In this document: piece after piece, positions 32,491-37,718 of the stretch
How positions within the stretch are numbered: the stretch's first letter is position 1
How the letters are laid out: every line of letters begins with the position of its first letter
Position numbers and translations under genes: made by a program
Assembly (NCBI GenBank): GCA_964534625.1
Contig: CAZHRF010000001.1
Coordinates: 172,039 to 209,756 of the forward strand
Direction of reading: 5' to 3'
From: an uncultured archaeon
GTDB lineage: Archaea; Asgardarchaeota; Heimdallarchaeia; Heimdallarchaeales; Heimdallarchaeaceae
DNA length: 37,718 nucleotides
The notes under the pieces: generated by a model
Seen by the model: only the letters and a program-made list of their open reading frames with translations
Database searches by the model: none
What the model was told of the DNA's origin: nothing

Positions 32491-35355
32491 TTAATTAAAG
32501 TATGTGTCAAGTGCGGAAATTCCTTGCACTTCATTCCATGATATGCCTATTGTATCCAATAACTGAACGAATGTAGATTGTACTAATTCTTTCATTTTAT
32601 CTATGTCAACATCTCTTTTACGAGCTAATTCAATAGGTTTAACCGAACATTCATTACTACCGCTTAATTTATCACTTAATATTTGATTTGGGGGATTAAT
32701 TTTAAAGGGTCGTGTTTTAATATAAGTAATTGTTGATCCTACTGTTGGTTTCTTTGTAATGTTCTCATCAATGATTAATTGAACTGCTGCTTGTAAGGGT
32801 TGTGTCCAACTATCGTATTCATTTAATTTTTTTGAGAGAGTAACGCTGATTGTTAAATCTTCTAAATCGAATGATCGTTTTTCTACTTGTTTAATTGTTC
32901 TTCTGACCACTTTAATACTTTTTTTCTTTGCAATTGCTAGTTCTTTCTCATTTTTAACAGATGTTAAAATATTGAGGATCTCATTAAATGCACGTTTTAC
33001 TATTGTTGGTGTGTTTTTCTTTTTACCCATAAGTCCTTTAACTATAGGATTACCTAGTTTAGTAATTCCAAAGTAATTCTTTTTTCTATCTGAAAGACCA
33101 CAATATCTGAATGCATAGTCAGTACCTAATTCAATCTGAAAGGTATTAAGACTCCATTCTTCGAGTTTCTTAATATCCTCTTGAGTTGGTTTATGAACAA
33201 ATATTGAATCAGTATCCCCATAGAGTACTGGAATGTCTAATGTTTCCTCACAGTATTTTTTTGTCTTGGAAATAGCTTCTCTAGCTAATGCAGCTGTTGA
33301 TTCTGCAACAGGTGGACAATATAGAGAAAAATTATTAGAACCAAAGACGCCATAACATGCATTAATTAGTACTTTTAATGATGACTGGATAACATTACTA
33401 AGTTGCCTCGCTGATTCAGTAATACTATTATCCTTTGCTTTCTGTTTAAACCAATATACTCTCATATCTCTAATAAAACCAACTAACATTGAACTGATGC
33501 CTTCTCTTTTTATACAAACCCAATGTCTCGTTTCAGGAATTTTATTGGTTTTTCGACAGACATCATGCTCGCAGTTAATAGTTTCATAAGAAAGATTTCT
33601 TGTCTTAATAATTGAAGGATATAAACTTGCAAAGTCTAGTACATGAACATCCCACCAAACTCCTGCTTGAGGTTCAATAACTATAGCTCCTTGATATTTC
33701 TTCCCTTTTATCATTGCTTGTGTTGATGCTTCGCCTTTTGCATAAAGAATATCTTGTTTTCTAGGGATCAAATAGTTTCGCTGTCTGTGTTCATAAAAAA
33801 GCCAACTTTGAATCCAAATACTAACGCTTGATCTTATAAAATCATCAATAGGCATCTTAGTAATTCTCGACAACATATAAATAATTTCCATAGCTTGATT
33901 ATTGTTAAATGTGGTGAGTTCAAGGGTTATAATTGCATCTCTTGCATTGTAAATGATTAAGTCATTAATGTCTAAATCCCAAATATCTTCGTCGAATTTC
34001 AGCTTCTCTTTACCAAGAAGAGAGATCCCAAGTTCATCTAATGTTACTCTATCATACTTTGCACCAAAAGCATATATGCGCATAGCAGGTTGTCTAAAAA
34101 ATCTGTATAAATCAATGTGGATACCATACTCTAAATAAGTATCATTAGTTGCAGAGTGTGTTTGTATAAATGGTATTTTTTCTTCTTTGATCCCAAGTTT
34201 CTTTGCTCTGTTATCTAAATAAGGAAAATCAAAGTTATCACCATTGAACGTTAATATAATTGGATATTGGAGGATTTTCTCAATGGTTGCTTCAATTAAG
34301 TCTTTTTCTGATTCGAATTGCTTGATAACAATAGAGGTGTCATTCACCTTGACAGACTGTTTTTTTTCATTTAAAACATAAACTGAGGTTAATCCATTGG
34401 TGTCACTAAAACCAACTGAAGTGACCTTCTTGTCTGCAGTGGCAGGATTGGGTATTTTACCTTTCTCACTTTCAACCTCAATATCCACAGCACAACGGGG
34501 CATACGCGGAATATCAGAGAAAAATGTTGGAAGATATTCATCAACAAGTTTCTTAACTTCATTTGATTGATCCTTAAAAATAGATTGAATGGATTCTTTA
34601 ACATTCTTGTCTATTTTTGGCGTGACTTGTATTAATTCTCCATCTTCTATTTTATACAATAAATTAGGAACTAATGATTGATCATAAATATAATTTAAAT
34701 GATAACGGATATTCGCTTCATAAGCTGGTTTTATTTTTTCCCTAAAACTATTATTTCGACCTCCAATTGCCAAAGGATTGCTACCAAAAACCTTCGTTAA
34801 ATTAAGATCTTTATCACCCAGCATGTCATGTTTTTTGACCAATTCAGAACCTATGTAATCCTTTCGATACGATAAGGCAGAATTGACTTTATCTGGTTCT
34901 TGAGTTGTGATAAAGTAAGGTTTGTGATTGGATTTATCATAAAACCGGTAGATGGTGTTATCTTCCGGATTATATAATTTTAAGTATGCTTTTGATGAAT
35001 CACCATCATATTTAACATCTATAAGGTAAGACGGGGATAAATTTGATGGGGCATTTTTGATCCTACAACCTCTAATTGAAATAGTTGTTCCCTCTCCGTC
35101 TTCCTCTTCTTCCTCGTCCTCAAGATCTTCTAAATAATCTAAATGCTGTTTTTTAGTGTTTTTAATTGGAACATTTACTTTTTCATGGTTTTTTTTATTA
35201 TCTTCAGCATGTTGGACAAAAAAATCAATATTTCTTTCCTGTTCTTTTTTTGCTTTTTTCTCTGCTTTAAGTGTATTAATGTTTTCTTTTTCTTGTTTTT
35301 TTTCGTCTTTTCCTCTTTTATTCTTGAAAAATTTATCTAAACCAGATTTTTCCAT
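32491..35355 (-). CDS. polB: family B DNA polymerase (PolB1-like)
   Basis: Exo DIEV / FNGDNFD / YNARDA; Pol DFASLYPSII, K...N..YG, YGDTDS, KKNY.G; terminal LDxxF motifs. Confidence 0.96.
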   Translation of the reverse strand: MEKSGLDKFFKNKRGKDEKKQEKENINTLKAEKKAKKEQERNIDFFVQHAEDNKKNHEKVNVPIKNTKKQHLDYLEDLEDEEEEEDGEGTTISIRGCRIKNAPSNLSPSYLIDVKYDGDSSKAYLKLYNPEDNTIYRFYDKSNHKPYFITTQEPDKVNSALSYRKDYIGSELVKKHDMLGDKDLNLTKVFGSNPLAIGGRNNSFREKIKPAYEANIRYHLNYIYDQSLVPNLLYKIEDGELIQVTPKIDKNVKESIQSIFKDQSNEVKKLVDEYLPTFFSDIPRMPRCAVDIEVESEKGKIPNPATADKKVTSVGFSDTNGLTSVYVLNEKKQSVKVNDTSIVIKQFESEKDLIEATIEKILQYPIILTFNGDNFDFPYLDNRAKKLGIKEEKIPFIQTHSATNDTYLEYGIHIDLYRFFRQPAMRIYAFGAKYDRVTLDELGISLLGKEKLKFDEDIWDLDINDLIIYNARDAIITLELTTFNNNQAMEIIYMLSRITKMPIDDFIRSSVSIWIQSWLFYEHRQRNYLIPRKQDILYAKGEASTQAMIKGKKYQGAIVIEPQAGVWWDVHVLDFASLYPSIIKTRNLSYETINCEHDVCRKTNKIPETRHWVCIKREGISSMLVGFIRDMRVYWFKQKAKDNSITESARQLSNVIQSSLKVLINACYGVFGSNNFSLYCPPVAESTAALAREAISKTKKYCEETLDIPVLYGDTDSIFVHKPTQEDIKKLEEWSLNTFQIELGTDYAFRYCGLSDRKKNYFGITKLGNPIVKGLMGKKKNTPTIVKRAFNEILNILTSVKNEKELAIAKKKSIKVVRRTIKQVEKRSFDLEDLTISVTLSKKLNEYDSWTQPLQAAVQLIIDENITKKPTVGSTITYIKTRPFKINPPNQILSDKLSGSNECSVKPIELARKRDVDIDKMKELVQSTFVQLLDTIGISWNEVQGISALDTYFN

Positions 35356-35474
35356 TAGTATCTTCCAAATACATACCAGAATAATGAAATAAAAACATTT
35401 TTAGAGTGCGAATTAAAAGATTTCATTGTAAGATAATAAAAAGATTTTTTATGGAAGAAAATATAATTTTCTAT

Positions 35475-35912
35475 ATGGAAACATTAACAAGTAAGATAAA
35501 AAAAGTCCATTATATCCATTTAGAAAAAGGCGAAGATATTCTTTTTACTCTAAAAAAATATTGTGAGAGTAAAAAAATACAGAGTGGAATAATAATGGGT
35601 ATTGGTGCCGTAGAACGTGCAAATATTGGCTTTTTTGATATTGAAAAAAAAGAATATGTTAGCAATAGTTACGATTTTAATGCGGAAATTGTAAATTGTA
35701 CTGGCAATATAGCGATTAATAATGATACTAACAAAGTTATAGTACATCTTCATATAACAATTGGTGATATAAATGGAAAGACCTATGGAGGGCATGTTCA
35801 AGACAATACTCCTATTAGTGTTACTGGGGAATTTAAAATTTTAGAAACTCAAAAGGAGATTGTAAGAAAAGTAGACAAGCGAACTGGATTATATCTGCAG
35901 AGTTTGGAATAA
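35475..35912 (+). CDS. PPC/DUF296 domain protein
   Basis: L.KGEDI...L...C....I.SG...GIGAV...EI....GNI......VHLH...G...G...GGH.......VT.E. Confidence 0.9.
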   Translation: METLTSKIKKVHYIHLEKGEDILFTLKKYCESKKIQSGIIMGIGAVERANIGFFDIEKKEYVSNSYDFNAEIVNCTGNIAINNDTNKVIVHLHITIGDINGKTYGGHVQDNTPISVTGEFKILETQKEIVRKVDKRTGLYLQSLE

Positions 35913-36019
35913 TCAAATCTCTCTAAGCTGTAAAAATTATTATTCCAAACTACTAAATTAAGCTAACAAAATTTAATAAGGTTAAATTGGTTATCATAAT
36001 AACTGATTAGAAGTGGTCA

Positions 36020-37027
36020 ATGTTGTCAGAAGTAGTAAAAGAAATATTGAAAAACAACGCTATCCTTATCTTGAACCCCAAATTATTTGATACAAGTCCT
36101 GATGAATTTTTAGACCTTTATGGACATTTGCTGGATAGAATAGCACTAGTGGCAAAAGATCGTTCTGGATATACGTTTTATCCAAGTAATAGTGCTCCTA
36201 AGGATAGAGAACATGATATATTTTTTCATTCATTTTGTACAATCGCAGATAATATGGGTATCAAAGTCGACGCTCTTATGTATGTTCATGGTGATACATT
36301 CCTATCACAAAACGCTGATTTTAAGGTTATTACAAGTGAAGGACATCAAGTTCCTCTTTACGCTTGTCCCAGTCACGAGTATCTGAGTCAGTATACTGCA
36401 GCTATTGCTTCAGAAATTGCGCGTTATCCTATAGATTCTTTGATACTAGACGATATGATGTACCCTTCAAAGAAAACATGTTTGTGTGATAGATGTAGAA
36501 GAAGGTTCTCTTCAAAGGTAAATATAGAACGAGACTTTAGTTTTAAATATCTTGAATCTCAAAGAATAATGGTGGATTGGACTGATTTCCGTTCTAATTG
36601 GATTAATCAAACTTTAAGGGAGGTAACAGATCACATAAAAAGTCAAAAAAACATTGACATTTTATTTACTGTTAAAACAGATAAAGATACTGGTTTCTTT
36701 AAAGGAGCCCACGAAAACTTTGGACAAAGTATTACAGAACTGACTCGTATAACAAACAATGTCGTTGTTCATTTGAATCCTTGGAATGACTTACCAAGTT
36801 CAACCAATGATCCTGAGTATAATGAAATATTAAATTCACTAGAATTACTTCAACAATATGGAGATTCTGGAGTAAATTATTCATTACTTTTGTGGGATGT
36901 AAGCACAATCGATAGGTTAAATATAGCTTTGAAATTGAGAGATGATTTGAAGGCAGAAAAAATATACTTAGAACCTTATAAACCAGAAGATTTTACAAAA
37001 AGAAGAACATTGAATTTAGGGTTTTAG
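36020..37027 (+). CDS. glycoside hydrolase-like TIM-barrel protein (GHL10/GH42-like Cys cluster)
   Basis: CPS......Y.....EI..YP.D...LD..YP....CLCDRC..RF...W..FR...I...L. Confidence 0.6.
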   Translation: MLSEVVKEILKNNAILILNPKLFDTSPDEFLDLYGHLLDRIALVAKDRSGYTFYPSNSAPKDREHDIFFHSFCTIADNMGIKVDALMYVHGDTFLSQNADFKVITSEGHQVPLYACPSHEYLSQYTAAIASEIARYPIDSLILDDMMYPSKKTCLCDRCRRRFSSKVNIERDFSFKYLESQRIMVDWTDFRSNWINQTLREVTDHIKSQKNIDILFTVKTDKDTGFFKGAHENFGQSITELTRITNNVVVHLNPWNDLPSSTNDPEYNEILNSLELLQQYGDSGVNYSLLLWDVSTIDRLNIALKLRDDLKAEKIYLEPYKPEDFTKRRTLNLGF

Positions 37028-37029
37028 TA

Positions 37030-37718
37030 ATGAATATTGAAAGTACAATTGATAAAATCAAACAACTTTTTTGGGGAGTATTAAAAGGACAATATAGTCC
37101 TGACGAAGAAGAAGAGGTAAAAGGGCACTTAATAACTGCATTAGGCACATTAACTGCATATGTTAAAACATCTTTACCAGATGATGAACAAATTGAATAT
37201 GAAAATCAATTTAATCAAGCAAAAAATATACTCTTAAAATTTGATGGTGCTGGTCCGTGGTTCAGAGAAATGCCAGAAATGGTGGACACGATATATAATG
37301 TAATAACTTATGCAAATATGCTACAAATAGAATATCAGCGATGTAAAAAAATAGATAATGAAGAATTACAATATTTAAATGTAAAAATTGATTCATTAGA
37401 ACTTAAAATAAGCAATATTAAGAGGAAGATAGAAAGTTTTCAGAAGAGAAATATCTATTTGTTGGAAACCATTGAAAACCTTATTTCTAAAGAGTTTAAT
37501 ATGGAAGAGATTGAGATTATTTCCAAGAATATTAATGAATTGAAAACGGAAACAACAAATTTCTCAACACATATTTCAAAACCAGTATTAGAACCTAATT
37601 TGGACATTAAACGAAAAAAAATGCGGTTGAATAAAGAGTCATCAGCTGATTCTGTTGTAGACACTGACGTTTCTGATTCTGTTGTAGACACTGACGTTTC
37701 TGATTCTGTTGTAGACAC
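37030..37718 (+). CDS. hypothetical coiled-coil protein, truncated by the window end (absent from the ORF track)
   Basis: Open frame from ATG 37030: MNIESTIDKIKQLFWGVLKG...LELKISNIKRKIESF...(DSVVDTDVS)n, no stop before the end. Confidence 0.8.
   Translation, partial: MNIESTIDKIKQLFWGVLKGQYSPDEEEEVKGHLITALGTLTAYVKTSLPDDEQIEYENQFNQAKNILLKFDGAGPWFREMPEMVDTIYNVITYANMLQIEYQRCKKIDNEELQYLNVKIDSLELKISNIKRKIESFQKRNIYLLETIENLISKEFNMEEIEIISKNINELKTETTNFSTHISKPVLEPNLDIKRKKMRLNKESSADSVVDTDVSDSVVDTDVSDSVVD
37646..37718 (+). repeat. perfect 27-bp in-frame tandem repeat (at least 2.7 copies, cut by the window end)
   Basis: ctgattctgttgtagacactgacgttt at 37646, 37673 and 37700. Confidence 0.92.

Noticed and set aside
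28848-35355. Inteins in RadA or PolB as the cause of their extra length
   Set aside because: Catalytic motifs are contiguous; the extra length is N-terminal
37455-37718. Minus-strand 87-aa ORF (STTESETSV repeats)
   Set aside because: Antisense shadow of the longer plus-strand ORF from 37030
37646-37718. 27-bp repeat as a CRISPR array
   Set aside because: Copies are head-to-tail with no spacers, in frame within a CDS, and no cas genes are nearby

Overview
AT-rich archaeal core-genome region, most likely from an Asgard archaeon (inferred from an intact ubiquitin E2, a gelsolin-like domain and a TRAP-beta-like protein). It holds a rearranged S10/spc ribosomal protein cluster (uL29 to uL15, secY), split by a ~1.9 kb accessory insert between rpl6 and rpl32e. 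After secY comes an inverted DUF106-eL34-cmk-eL14-cbf5 block, then tRNA-Ser(GGA) and rps13-rps4-rps11 without rpoD. Further on are RNA methyltransferases, a 7-deazaguanine (archaeosine precursor) operon queE-mptA-DUF366-queD-queC flanked by E2 and gelsolin-like genes, a coiled-coil/Pro-repeat protein with a Vps28-CTD-like C-terminus, radA, cobO, a TRAP-beta-like gene and a family B DNA polymerase. A final ORF runs off the window inside a 27-bp tandem repeat. The best leads are two candidate three-way-junction RNA leaders upstream of rps17 and rps13, an E2/Vps28-like/Zn-ribbon mini-locus, and the ligase-fold DUF366 gene inside the preQ0 operon. All family calls come from motif recognition by eye; no searches were run.
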